Part shown: in pieces, positions 18,962 to 27,953 of the stretch
Layout of the letters: every line of letters begins with the position of its first letter
How positions within the stretch are numbered: the stretch's first letter is position 1
Assembly: GCA_034190395.1 (NCBI GenBank)
Contig: JAXINS010000022.1
Location: 42,260-106,259, forward strand
Reading direction: 5' to 3'
From: Candidatus Chewarchaeum aethiopicum
GTDB lineage: Archaea > Halobacteriota > Halobacteria > Halobacteriales > Hikarchaeaceae
DNA length: 64,000 nt
Made by a program: the position numbers and the translations under genes
The notes under the pieces: model-generated
Databases searched by the model: none
The model's input: the letters and a program-made list of their open reading frames with translations, nothing else
Told to the model about the DNA's origin: nothing

Positions 18962-19099
18962 CAGTCACACCTCCATAAATAACGGACGCCACGGCGGCCA
19001 CCGGCGGTCATCGTATCCGCTACTCGCCGGGCAACGAGCAAAAACGGTGGGATCAGATTCTCACGCCTGAAAACGGTTGCCGGTCGACGCGACGGTCAT

Positions 19100-19213
19100 C
19101 TACCGATACAGTTGGACGAGCCATGCCCCGGTGATCAACAGCCCGGCGATCAACACGACGATGCCGGCAGCGTTGACGGGAAACGACTCGGTCGCAGCGA
19201 GGATCGGGAGCAT
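19100..19213 (-). CDS. Small single-TM protein, 37 aa (below the ORF-track cutoff)
   Basis: Translates as MLPILAATESFPVNAAGIVVLIAGLLITGAWLVQLYR; TTTAA box about 26 nt upstream. Confidence 0.6.
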   Translation of the reverse strand: MLPILAATESFPVNAAGIVVLIAGLLITGAWLVQLYR

Positions 19214-19327
19214 ACGCGGGGGTTTCCTCGCCGTGTTCTTAAACATTTGTTAGCGGAACGCCTACCTGTCGGGAGGGTAATCCCTGACTCCGGACGGGTT
19301 TTACGGCCGCGTCCACAACAAGCTTGC

Positions 19328-20434
19328 ATGCGAATCGGCGTGGTCGTCAATCCGATCGCCGGGATGGGCGGGCGGGTCGGACTCAAGGGTACTGATGGCA
19401 AAGTCGCGGCGGCGATCGAACGGGGAGCCGAACCCCGGGCGCCCGAACGGGCGATCGAGGCCCTTTCCGCACTCCGTGAGCGGGCCGACGACGTCGAGGT
19501 GGTAACCTGGGGTGGCGTCATGGGCGCTGCCGAGGCCCGGGCGGCCGGCTTTGAGCCGACCGTTCTCGGTGGCCCCGACGATATCCCGGACGAACCGGTC
19601 ACCGAGCTGGCAGCCGAGGAACTGACCGGGTCCGATGCTACCGACACCCGTGAGGCCGTCCGGGCCTTCGTTGAGGCCGATGTCGATCTGATTCTCTTCG
19701 TTGGCGGGGATGGGACCGCCGTCGATGTTGCTGAGACGCTGTCGGATCTCGACGTCTCGACTCCCATGCTCGGCGTGCCCGCGGGGGTGAAGATCTACTC
19801 GTCGGTGTTCGGTGTCACGCCCGCGGCTGCCGGGCGTATCGTCGCCGTCTATGACACCACCGAGGAACGCGAGGTCGTCGATATCGACGAGGATGCCTTC
19901 CGCGGCGGCGAGGTCCACACCGAACTGCGAGCGATCGCACACGTTCCGATCGCCGAGGACCTCCAGTCGGGCAAACAACTCGCCAGTGGTACCGTCGAGG
20001 GCGTCGCCAAGGGGGTCGCCGACGATATCCGATTGGGGGTTACCTATGTACTCGGTCCGGGTAGCACCCTCGGAGCGGTCAAACGCGAACTCGGCTTCGA
20101 CGGCACCTCGCTCGGCGTTGACGTCTGGCGGGACGGCGAGGTCCTCGCCATGGACGCGGCTGAGTCGGAGATCCTCGAGCACCTCGGCGAGGAGAACGTC
20201 ATTATCGTCTCGCCGATCGGCGGACAGGGGTTTATTTTCGGACGGGGCAACCAACAGATCTCCCCGGCGGTCATCGAGCGATCGAGTGTCGAGGTCGTCG
20301 CCTCCCGGCGGAAGCTCGATGGGATCGGCGTCCTCCGGGTCGATACGGGTGATGCGGACGTCGACGAGTCCCTTCGTGGATGGGTCCGGGTACGAACCGG
20401 TCGTTTCGAGCGACGGATGATGAAGATCGTCTGA
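19328..20434 (+). CDS. ATP-NAD kinase family protein
   Basis: VNPIAGMGG.VGLKGTDG, GGDGTA.D, P.GVK..S and GGQGF..GRGNQQ motifs. Confidence 0.9.
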   Translation: MRIGVVVNPIAGMGGRVGLKGTDGKVAAAIERGAEPRAPERAIEALSALRERADDVEVVTWGGVMGAAEARAAGFEPTVLGGPDDIPDEPVTELAAEELTGSDATDTREAVRAFVEADVDLILFVGGDGTAVDVAETLSDLDVSTPMLGVPAGVKIYSSVFGVTPAAAGRIVAVYDTTEEREVVDIDEDAFRGGEVHTELRAIAHVPIAEDLQSGKQLASGTVEGVAKGVADDIRLGVTYVLGPGSTLGAVKRELGFDGTSLGVDVWRDGEVLAMDAAESEILEHLGEENVIIVSPIGGQGFIFGRGNQQISPAVIERSSVEVVASRRKLDGIGVLRVDTGDADVDESLRGWVRVRTGRFERRMMKIV

Positions 20435-20514
20435 TCGTCCTCGACCGCTTTACACACCGAGGGTGTCGGACGATAGTAGAATGAACTAAGTCGCCGCTGG
20501 CACTACTCTCCGAT

Positions 20515-20697
20515 ATGGCAACTGCGTCGGAGGACTCCCTCGACCGCCGGATCGGTTATACGGTCATTTTCTCGTTGCTCGCACTGGGTGGAGCGTTTAT
20601 GATGTATCTCTTTCCCGGCAATTCCCTCTCGGCGTGGGGATTCGGCCTCGCGATGCTCGCCGCCTCGCTTGCCGTTATGGCCGAACAGGTCTACTGA
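20515..20697 (+). CDS. Small two-TM protein
   Basis: D...G......LA..GA and A.GF..AM.AA..AV pattern of a conserved haloarchaeal family. Confidence 0.7.
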   Translation: MATASEDSLDRRIGYTVIFSLLALGGAFMMYLFPGNSLSAWGFGLAMLAASLAVMAEQVY

Positions 20698-20784
20698 CGC
20701 CGCCAACGGGGGGTGTTCGAGATACCGGCAAAGGGCCCCCAACGAGAAAGAATTTAATTCTCCAATCCCTTACTGTTCGTTGAC

Positions 20785-21009
20785 ATGAGCGAGTTCACGG
20801 AAGAGGATCGTCGGATCCTGGCATACCTGCGCAAGCAGGTCACACGGGGTGACCGGTACTTCCGGTCGAAGACGATCGCGAAAAAGGTCGGACTCTCCGC
20901 GAAACAAGTGGGGTCTCGGTTACCGCGACTCGCTGAAAAATCCGACGACGTCGACATCGAAAAATGGGGCCGCTCGAAATCGACGACCTGGCGTGTGACC
21001 CCGAGTTAA
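20785..21009 (+). CDS. Small basic winged-helix protein
   Basis: YF.SK.IA...GLS.KQVG..L and IEKW.....TTWRV motifs; strong BRE/TATA (GAAAG AATTTAA) upstream. Confidence 0.8.
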   Translation: MSEFTEEDRRILAYLRKQVTRGDRYFRSKTIAKKVGLSAKQVGSRLPRLAEKSDDVDIEKWGRSKSTTWRVTPS

Positions 21010-21068
21010 TCCCGCCTCTCTAGGTCGAAGTCAGACCACTTTTTGTGCCGCCCCCAGAACAGTCGGGC

Positions 21069-21503
21069 ATGACCGTCCGGGTCGAGCGGACGTTTGAGCT
21101 TGCTGCCCCGCCGGAACGGGTCTGGGATATCATCGCCGATCCTGACAACCGCGCCGAAGCGATCAGCGTTGTCAACGACTGGGAGATCCACGACGACCAG
21201 CGGGCGACCTGGTATCTCGATCTCCCGATCCCTTTTGTCTCTCAGACGGTCAGCATTGAAACCCAAGACGTCGAACGTGAGCACAACCAGCGGGTGAAAT
21301 TCGTCGGTCGGTCGGCGGTCATGCGGGTCACCGGCGAACACGAACTACGACCACTGGACGGCGGCGATCGGACGGAACTGATCAACCGGTTCGTCGTCGA
21401 AGGACGGGTTCCCGGTGTCGAGCGGTTCTTCAAACGCCGGCTGGACACCGAACTGGAGAACTTACAAGCGATGGTCGAGCGGAAACTCTCGACCGAAGCA
21501 TGA
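21069..21503 (+). CDS. SRPBCC/CoxG family protein
   Basis: V..ERTF...APPERVW..I.DP motif and C-terminal helix. Confidence 0.85.
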   Translation: MTVRVERTFELAAPPERVWDIIADPDNRAEAISVVNDWEIHDDQRATWYLDLPIPFVSQTVSIETQDVEREHNQRVKFVGRSAVMRVTGEHELRPLDGGDRTELINRFVVEGRVPGVERFFKRRLDTELENLQAMVERKLSTEA

Positions 21504-21795
21504 CAGCCGTTGGTCGTTGCGGGGTCGTGTCGGTTCTGACAGCGATCGAGCCGTTATCAGCGAGAACAACCACGTCGATGGCTTGAAATATCGGGATCGA
21601 TAACCGCCCGCTGCCGGCAGCTTTTCACTGTCGGCAGAATTAGCGTCTCCTCGTCCGGTCGGCCTCGTCCCGTCGCTCCTCCTCGGCTGGGCTCCCCTCG
21701 AGGGGGGTTCCCAACGAAACACTCGTGCCAGCGGGCGGTCTCGTATAAAAATCGGGTTCGATCGACGGCGCGACTCGCTTGTTCGCCGGACGTGG

Positions 21796-23331
21796 TCAGT
21801 CGTCGCTCGTTTTGATTTCCGCCGAGAGCCCCTGAGCCATCTCGATGTCCTTGGAGTTGTTGATGGTCCAGGCGGTCCGTTCGGTGACGGCCTCGATGAC
21901 TTCCCGGGCGCTCGGGTACCCGTTGCCGGATTTCTTGACGCCACCGAAAGGCAGCTGGACCTCGGCACCGATCGACGGCAGGTTCGCGTACGCTAAGCCG
22001 AGTTCGGCGTGATCGCGGAAGTAGTTGATCTGGCGATAATCCTCGGAGACGATCGCCCCCGAGAGGCCGTAGGGGGTGTCGTTGTGGATCTCGACGGCCC
22101 GTTCGATATCGCCGGAGTACTCCATCAGGGCGACATGGGGACCGAAGACTTCCTCGTGGATACACCGGAGGTCGGGATCGTAATCGATCTCGTAGACGAA
22201 CGGCCCGACCCAGAAGCCGTCCTCATGCCCGTCGGGGATCTCCTCGTCGTCGAGTTCCTCGCGATCGACCAGGACGTTCGCGCCTTCATCGCGGGCGAGT
22301 TGGTTGTACCGTTTGAATTTCTCGATCTGATCCTGGTTGACGACCGGGCCCATGAACGTGTCCTCGTCAAGCGGATCGCCGACGGCGACGTCCTCGGCGA
22401 TGTCGACGAAGCGTTCTTTGAACTCATCGTAGACGTCCTCGTGGACGATCAGCCGTTCGGAGGACACACACCGCTGGCCGGTCGTTTTGAAACTCGACAT
22501 GACCGCCGAGTGGATGGCGACGTCCATATCGGCCTCCTCGGTGATGACGATCCCGTTTTTGCCGCCCATCTCACAGGCGGCCAGCTTGCCGGCCTCGCCG
22601 CCGACCTTGCTCGAGATCTGGTGGCCGACCTCGGCGGAGCCGGTGAACAGCACCGTATCGACGCGGTCGTCCTCGACGATGGCGTTGCCGGCATCGCCGA
22701 AGCCCTGGACCATGTTGAATACACCGTCGGGCACGCCGGCGTCCTCGATCATTTCGGCGATGATCTGACCACACCAAGGGGTCTGCTCGGCGGGTTTCCA
22801 GACGACGGTGTTCCCCTCGACGAGGGTGACCGCCATGTGCCAAAACGGGATCGCGACCGGGAAGTTCCAGGGGGTGATACAGCCCACCACGCCTCGGGGC
22901 TTGCGGCGCATATACGAATCCTTCGCCGGGATCTCGGAAGGGACGACGTCGCCGTGTGGGTGACGGGCGTTGGCGGCGGCCCACTCGACCATGTGGTAGG
23001 CCTCGACGACGTCCGCCCGCCCCTCGGAAATCTCTTTGCCACACTCTTTGGTGACGATCTCCCCGAGTTCGTCGGTTCGCTCGCGCAGCTCGTGGTAAAC
23101 GTCCCAGAGGACCTCGGCCCGATCGATGTAGGACATCGATCGCCACTCCTCGAAGGCGTCGTCGGCAGCCGCGAGCGCCCGGTCGATGTCGGCTTCGGTG
23201 CCGCGGTTGAACTCCCCGAGGGTTTCCCCCGTTGCGGGGTTGATACTCTCGAAGGTTTCCTCGCCGTCGCCCTCGACCCACTCGCCGTCGATGTAGTGTT
23301 TGTACGTTCCGGAGGCTGCTTGCTGGCTCAT
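21796..23331 (-). CDS. Aldehyde dehydrogenase
   Basis: ITPWNFP, WKP.E, FTGS, EMGGKN, GQRC and EEVFGP motifs. Confidence 0.95.
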   Translation of the reverse strand: MSQQAASGTYKHYIDGEWVEGDGEETFESINPATGETLGEFNRGTEADIDRALAAADDAFEEWRSMSYIDRAEVLWDVYHELRERTDELGEIVTKECGKEISEGRADVVEAYHMVEWAAANARHPHGDVVPSEIPAKDSYMRRKPRGVVGCITPWNFPVAIPFWHMAVTLVEGNTVVWKPAEQTPWCGQIIAEMIEDAGVPDGVFNMVQGFGDAGNAIVEDDRVDTVLFTGSAEVGHQISSKVGGEAGKLAACEMGGKNGIVITEEADMDVAIHSAVMSSFKTTGQRCVSSERLIVHEDVYDEFKERFVDIAEDVAVGDPLDEDTFMGPVVNQDQIEKFKRYNQLARDEGANVLVDREELDDEEIPDGHEDGFWVGPFVYEIDYDPDLRCIHEEVFGPHVALMEYSGDIERAVEIHNDTPYGLSGAIVSEDYRQINYFRDHAELGLAYANLPSIGAEVQLPFGGVKKSGNGYPSAREVIEAVTERTAWTINNSKDIEMAQGLSAEIKTSDD

Positions 23332-23446
23332 AGTCGTTCCCGTCATTACTTGCGATGCAATGATAAAAAAAGATGCCTCACCTGGCTCGTGCCGGCAGTT
23401 CACTCCAACATGACCTGGGGATCCATGGCCACGGCCGAGCGGTCGA

Positions 23447-24598
23447 TCAATCGATTACCGTTCCTTCTTCGAGGGCTTCGCCGCGATCGAACCGCCCCCG
23501 ATCTAGCATCGAGACATCGACCGTCCGTGATTCCCCATCGACGGCTAGTTCGGCGACGACCTGCCCGGTTGCCGGTGCCTGCATGAAGCCATGGCCGGAG
23601 AAGCCGGCAGCCGTAATCAGGCCCGGAACGGTCTCTTCGATGATCGGATGGTGGTCCGGTGTCACCGCATAGAGGCCCGCCCAGCCCTCGGCGATTCGGG
23701 TGTCGGGGCCAAAATAGGTCGCACACTCGGTGGCGCGTTCGATCGCCGTCCTTGCCCACGCTTGATCCATGCCCCGATCGAACCGGTCCGGATCGGCCGG
23801 CGGATCCCGGTCGGCGAAGAACCCGCCAACGATTGCTGTCCCGTCCCGCTCGGGTCGGAAATGCACGTCGCCGTCCATATCGACGGTCATCGGCACGTTC
23901 CTATCGAGTGGTTGGGTTGGTTTCGCGACGACGAGTTGACGCCGCTTTGGAGTGATCGGTAATTGGCTGTCGACCATTGCTGCGATTTCGGGTGCCCACA
24001 CGCCGGCGGCGTTCACCACGACGTCAGTGTCGATACGGCCCTCGGTGGTTTCGACGGCTCGTATCCGATCGTCAGGGTGTTGGATATCGGTTACCTCGAC
24101 GCCGGTCCGGAGATCCGCGCCGGCATTCCGGGCGGCCCGTGCGTATCCCTGGGCCGCCAGGTGTGGATCCGCGAAGCCATCCTCGCCACGGTAGGCGGCC
24201 CCCACGTATTCGGTGGTGATGAGCCCGGGACACCGTTCCGTGGCTTCCTCGGGCGTGAGATATTCGCTATCGAGGCCGTGTTCTCGCTGGGTCCGGACGT
24301 TCTTCCGGAGCTGGTTGGCCGTCGCGTCGGTTCGAGCGACAAAGAGATACCCCGGTCTGAAGTAACCGATATCGGTCTCGAACTCCGCCTCGAAGCGCTC
24401 CCAGACGGCGATGCTCTCCATCGAAAGGCGGATACTGACCGGCGAGGTGAACTGCGCACGGATACCGCCGTTGGCCCGGCCGGTGTTGCCCCCGGCGATG
24501 GTTCCTTTCTCGAGGAGTGTCACCGACACTCCCCGTTCGCGGAGGTAGTAGGCACTCGCGAGCCCGACGATCCCGCCGCCGATCACTACCGCGTCCAT
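23447..24598 (-). CDS. FAD-dependent oxidoreductase (sarcosine oxidase beta / DAO family)
   Basis: VIGGGIVG, T.R..GGIR.QF, VVNAAG.W, WAGLY..TPD and GFSGHG motifs. Confidence 0.9.
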   Translation of the reverse strand: MDAVVIGGGIVGLASAYYLRERGVSVTLLEKGTIAGGNTGRANGGIRAQFTSPVSIRLSMESIAVWERFEAEFETDIGYFRPGYLFVARTDATANQLRKNVRTQREHGLDSEYLTPEEATERCPGLITTEYVGAAYRGEDGFADPHLAAQGYARAARNAGADLRTGVEVTDIQHPDDRIRAVETTEGRIDTDVVVNAAGVWAPEIAAMVDSQLPITPKRRQLVVAKPTQPLDRNVPMTVDMDGDVHFRPERDGTAIVGGFFADRDPPADPDRFDRGMDQAWARTAIERATECATYFGPDTRIAEGWAGLYAVTPDHHPIIEETVPGLITAAGFSGHGFMQAPATGQVVAELAVDGESRTVDVSMLDRGRFDRGEALEEGTVID

Positions 24599-24901
24599 GA
24601 CCGTCGTTGGATCGACCGATGGTTAACAGTTACCGCAGACCCGCGGCCTGACCGGCAAACAACGGCAGCTATTTGATCGCTGGTGTGAACTGACGACCGA
24701 CGCCACGCCGACGGCGATTCCGACACCCTATCGGTCGTTCGGACGGTGGCCGATCTCGGGCTGACGAGCACGGCGGCTGCCTGGTATTTTTGATATAAGG
24801 GATTAGAGGAAATCGAGGCGGGCATGGTTGCGATCGCTTTTTTCCAGCCGGTCTTGGGGTCGTGGTACTCGGCGAGGCGGTTGGTCTGTATTTTTTCATC
24901 G

Positions 24902-25699
24902 TCATCCCGTGGCGTGTTTATCGATCTCGCCTTTGATGGCGGCGGCGTCGAAGTCGTGGTCGGGCCGGATGTTGACGAAATCGAGGAACTCCTCGGCTTC
25001 GAGTAAGTCCTCGATCGAGTAGACCGTCAATGCGGCCTGGACGGCCCCGGCCGCCCCGATGATCGGGGTCAACACGCCAAGGGCACACGCGAGGTCGTAG
25101 GCACGGGCCGCCTCGACGCCCTCGCCGCTTACTTTCGTCGCGTCGATGAAGTAGAGTTTCCCATCCCGGATGAGGACGTTCTCCTGGCGGAGGTCACCGT
25201 GGACCAACCCGTCGTCGTGGATCGTCGCGAGCGACTCGAAGAGGGTCGTCGCGTACGGCTCGACATCCTCGGCGGGTAACTCATCGAGCACGCGAAAGGT
25301 CGGCAGATACTCCAGCACCAAGATCCCCAGTCCATCGATCTCGAAGGCCTCGATCGGTTCGGGCGCGTTCACGCCGATCTCGCGCATGCGCTCGGTGGCT
25401 TCGAGTTCGTGTTCGGCCATCTCGACGGGCCCATCGAAGCTCTCGAAAAACCCCTCGGGATTGCCGCTCGAGAGCGCCCCGAGGTTCCGGGCGCCGGTGA
25501 ACAGCGCCTGGACGAGGGCGTTCTGTTTCGTGATCACTTTGACGAACCATTCGTCGTTGACCACGAAGGGCGTCGAAAGCCAGTTGTCGGCCTCGAGGAA
25601 CTCGACCCGAACGGTCGGCTCGTCGTAGCGGGCCGCCAGTTCTCTGGCGACCTGTTCGAGCCGGTCCCATTCGATCGTTCCACGCAAAAGCCGCCGCAT
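24902..25699 (-). CDS. RIO1-family / atypical protein kinase
   Basis: FVK, VLEYL, HGDL...N and FIDA kinase motifs. Confidence 0.8.
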   Translation of the reverse strand: MRRLLRGTIEWDRLEQVARELAARYDEPTVRVEFLEADNWLSTPFVVNDEWFVKVITKQNALVQALFTGARNLGALSSGNPEGFFESFDGPVEMAEHELEATERMREIGVNAPEPIEAFEIDGLGILVLEYLPTFRVLDELPAEDVEPYATTLFESLATIHDDGLVHGDLRQENVLIRDGKLYFIDATKVSGEGVEAARAYDLACALGVLTPIIGAAGAVQAALTVYSIEDLLEAEEFLDFVNIRPDHDFDAAAIKGEIDKHATG

Positions 25700-25817
25700 C
25701 GTTCGGTATTGCGATCCACGGGATGGATCGGTAAATCCGTTCCGGGCCCCGGAATCGAGCTACCCTTCATCGGTTCTAGCGCCGGGCGAGGGTCTGACGA
25801 CCCGGCCGGTCGACCGG

Positions 25818-27737
25818 CTAGTTACACGCGACGTTGGCGAGCCAGACCGCCTCCCGGCTGCTTGTTTCGAGTTCCGTACAGCCGGTTATCCGATAGAGGG
25901 TCCCGTCGTAATCCCCGATAAAGACGGTGCCGTCGACGACCGCCGGCGAGGCGCCGACCGGGGCGGCCGTCTCGATCGTCCACTTGGCGGCCCCGGATTC
26001 CGCGTCGAGGGCGACGATCCCACCACGCGTGCCGTTATCGGGTTCGGTGAGCACCTCGACGCCGACGTAGACGGTGTCGCTGGCTACCGCCGGCGAGGAG
26101 AGCACATCACCGCGATAAGTTCGGTTCCACCGCTCGGTCCCGTTGGCCGCATCGATGGCATAAACCTGACCGGCTTGATTGCCGACGAAGACCCGTCCCT
26201 TCGCGACCGCCGGCGACGAGTAGATCACGGCCCCCGTCGAGTGATTCCATCGCGGTTGTCCCGTCTCGGCGTCGAGGGCATAGAGCCGGCCATCGCTGCT
26301 GCCGATGTACACGGTGTCGTTCACGATGGCGGGCGAGGAAAGGACCGAGCCATTGGTCTGAACCGTCCACCTGACGGCACCGGTGGTCCGTTCTATGGCG
26401 TAGACGCCGCCGTTGGTACTGCCGATGTAGAGGGTGTCCTCGGCGATCGCCGGCGAGGAAAAGAGCTGTCCGCCGATCGTGGTGTTCCACCGGTTAGTCC
26501 CGTTCTTCGTCCCGACGGCGTGTACGGTCCCCTCGATACTCCCGATGTAAAGCGTTCCATCGACGATCACCGGCGAGGAGAGTACCACCGGTTCGAACAG
26601 CCGTAGCCAGCGCGTCGAACCGTCGTCCGTCGCGATCGCATGGAGCGTTGAGGCCGGTTCGTTGGCGTAGGACCGCTGACCGGTCACCGTACTCCGGGCG
26701 GTTGCGGCATACAGCGTGTCGTTGGCGACGGTTGGGGTGGCGGTGACCCGGCCGTTGAGCTGATGACGCCATCCGACCGCCATCGTTTCGGCGTTGAGCC
26801 CATGGAGATTCCCGCCGAAATCAGTCGCATACAGCCGGCCGTCGACGACGATCGGGGAGGCGATGAACCGAAAGTCGAACTCCACCGACTCGGCGATCGA
26901 GACGTTACCGACGGGACCGCTCGTTGCTCGGCTGTACCCCGTTCGCGCCGGATCGAACCCGAAGCCACGCCAGGCCGTGTCGGCGACCCCGATGGCCGGT
27001 AATGGCCGATTCCAGCCGGGGGTCTGCTCGCTTCCCGGGTCGACGTCGGTGTCGATTGTCGCGGTCTCCGTCGGGGTTCCCGTGTTGATATCGGTCACCA
27101 GCTCGGCGCGGGGATGGGTGAGCGTGTCCCCGGGATTGGCGCCGGTCTGGAGGGGGGCCGTCCCATCGCCGGACCCATCCCCGACGACCGATGTCGGCAG
27201 CCAGGGAACGACCGAGCCGGCGGCAAGAATCGCGATAAGCACCATCGCGATCACCACGAGCCCGCCCCAGACCGCTCGCCCGGTTTCGAATCGGGTATCG
27301 GACTGTGGCGGGATCGTCGCTGAGCGGTTCAGATACGTCTGGAAGAGCTGTTCAGCCCGGTCGCGATCGATCGCATAGAGGGTGATCCGTCGGAGTTCCT
27401 CGACGTCGATCAGCGTTGCGTGGTGCTCGGTCGCGATCGCCTCGCCGCCGTTGTGTCTGTCGACCGAGACGACGACATCGACCCTGTCGTCGGTTTCGGG
27501 CGGCCGGTCGATGCGGCCCAGCCAGCCCCTGTCCGCGACCGGCAGGAGGCTCGTCGCCTTGCCGTCCGGGCCTGTCACGACGATGCGGTGACCGTCGATG
27601 GCCGTTTCGTAGCCACGCGCCGCCCAGATATCGGCCACGAACGCCCGAAACCGCCGTTCGTCCAACGACCGGACTGCCCTCAGAAACGCCCGCCGCGGCA
27701 GCGGTGGCACTACCGCCACCTCCGCTGTCGGGGCCAC
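25818..27737 (-). CDS. Membrane protein: Mrr-like N-terminal domain, one TM helix, PQQ-type beta-propeller
   Basis: Repeated SSP.....LY.G...G..YA.D...G...W blades; TM helix AVWGGLVVIAMVLIAILAAG; N-terminal F..FVA..W..RGY and LID..EL. Confidence 0.8.
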   Translation of the reverse strand: MAPTAEVAVVPPLPRRAFLRAVRSLDERRFRAFVADIWAARGYETAIDGHRIVVTGPDGKATSLLPVADRGWLGRIDRPPETDDRVDVVVSVDRHNGGEAIATEHHATLIDVEELRRITLYAIDRDRAEQLFQTYLNRSATIPPQSDTRFETGRAVWGGLVVIAMVLIAILAAGSVVPWLPTSVVGDGSGDGTAPLQTGANPGDTLTHPRAELVTDINTGTPTETATIDTDVDPGSEQTPGWNRPLPAIGVADTAWRGFGFDPARTGYSRATSGPVGNVSIAESVEFDFRFIASPIVVDGRLYATDFGGNLHGLNAETMAVGWRHQLNGRVTATPTVANDTLYAATARSTVTGQRSYANEPASTLHAIATDDGSTRWLRLFEPVVLSSPVIVDGTLYIGSIEGTVHAVGTKNGTNRWNTTIGGQLFSSPAIAEDTLYIGSTNGGVYAIERTTGAVRWTVQTNGSVLSSPAIVNDTVYIGSSDGRLYALDAETGQPRWNHSTGAVIYSSPAVAKGRVFVGNQAGQVYAIDAANGTERWNRTYRGDVLSSPAVASDTVYVGVEVLTEPDNGTRGGIVALDAESGAAKWTIETAAPVGASPAVVDGTVFIGDYDGTLYRITGCTELETSSREAVWLANVACN

Positions 27738-27953
27738 ACACGGCGCCTGTGGGTCCGGTCGGCGATCCGCACGATATCGAATCGTTCGGCTGGACGGTCT
27801 TAAGCGGTGGGCGCGCGTTCCCGATCGATCCGGTTCGGGCGCCCGAACGCTCGAAGCACCTTAGACCTTCGAGTGGCAAACAACGGGTATGTGTATCGAC
27901 CACGGACGACCCGCGTCGCGGGACACGCACACGGGACTGGCGTGAGGTAACCG

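Noticed and set aside
22009-23586. 525-aa plus-strand ORF antisense to the aldehyde dehydrogenase (similar cases at 56583-58208, 37509-38828, 32814-33686 and 59234-60115)
   Set aside because: These are shadow ORFs expected from strong GC3 codon bias; they have no motifs and fully overlap well-supported genes on the other strand.
25900-26900. Recurring ~120-bp spaced motifs (e.g. CGCCGGCGAGGA) suggestive of an array
   Set aside because: They are the coding repeats of beta-propeller blades (SSPA), not CRISPR or a non-coding array.
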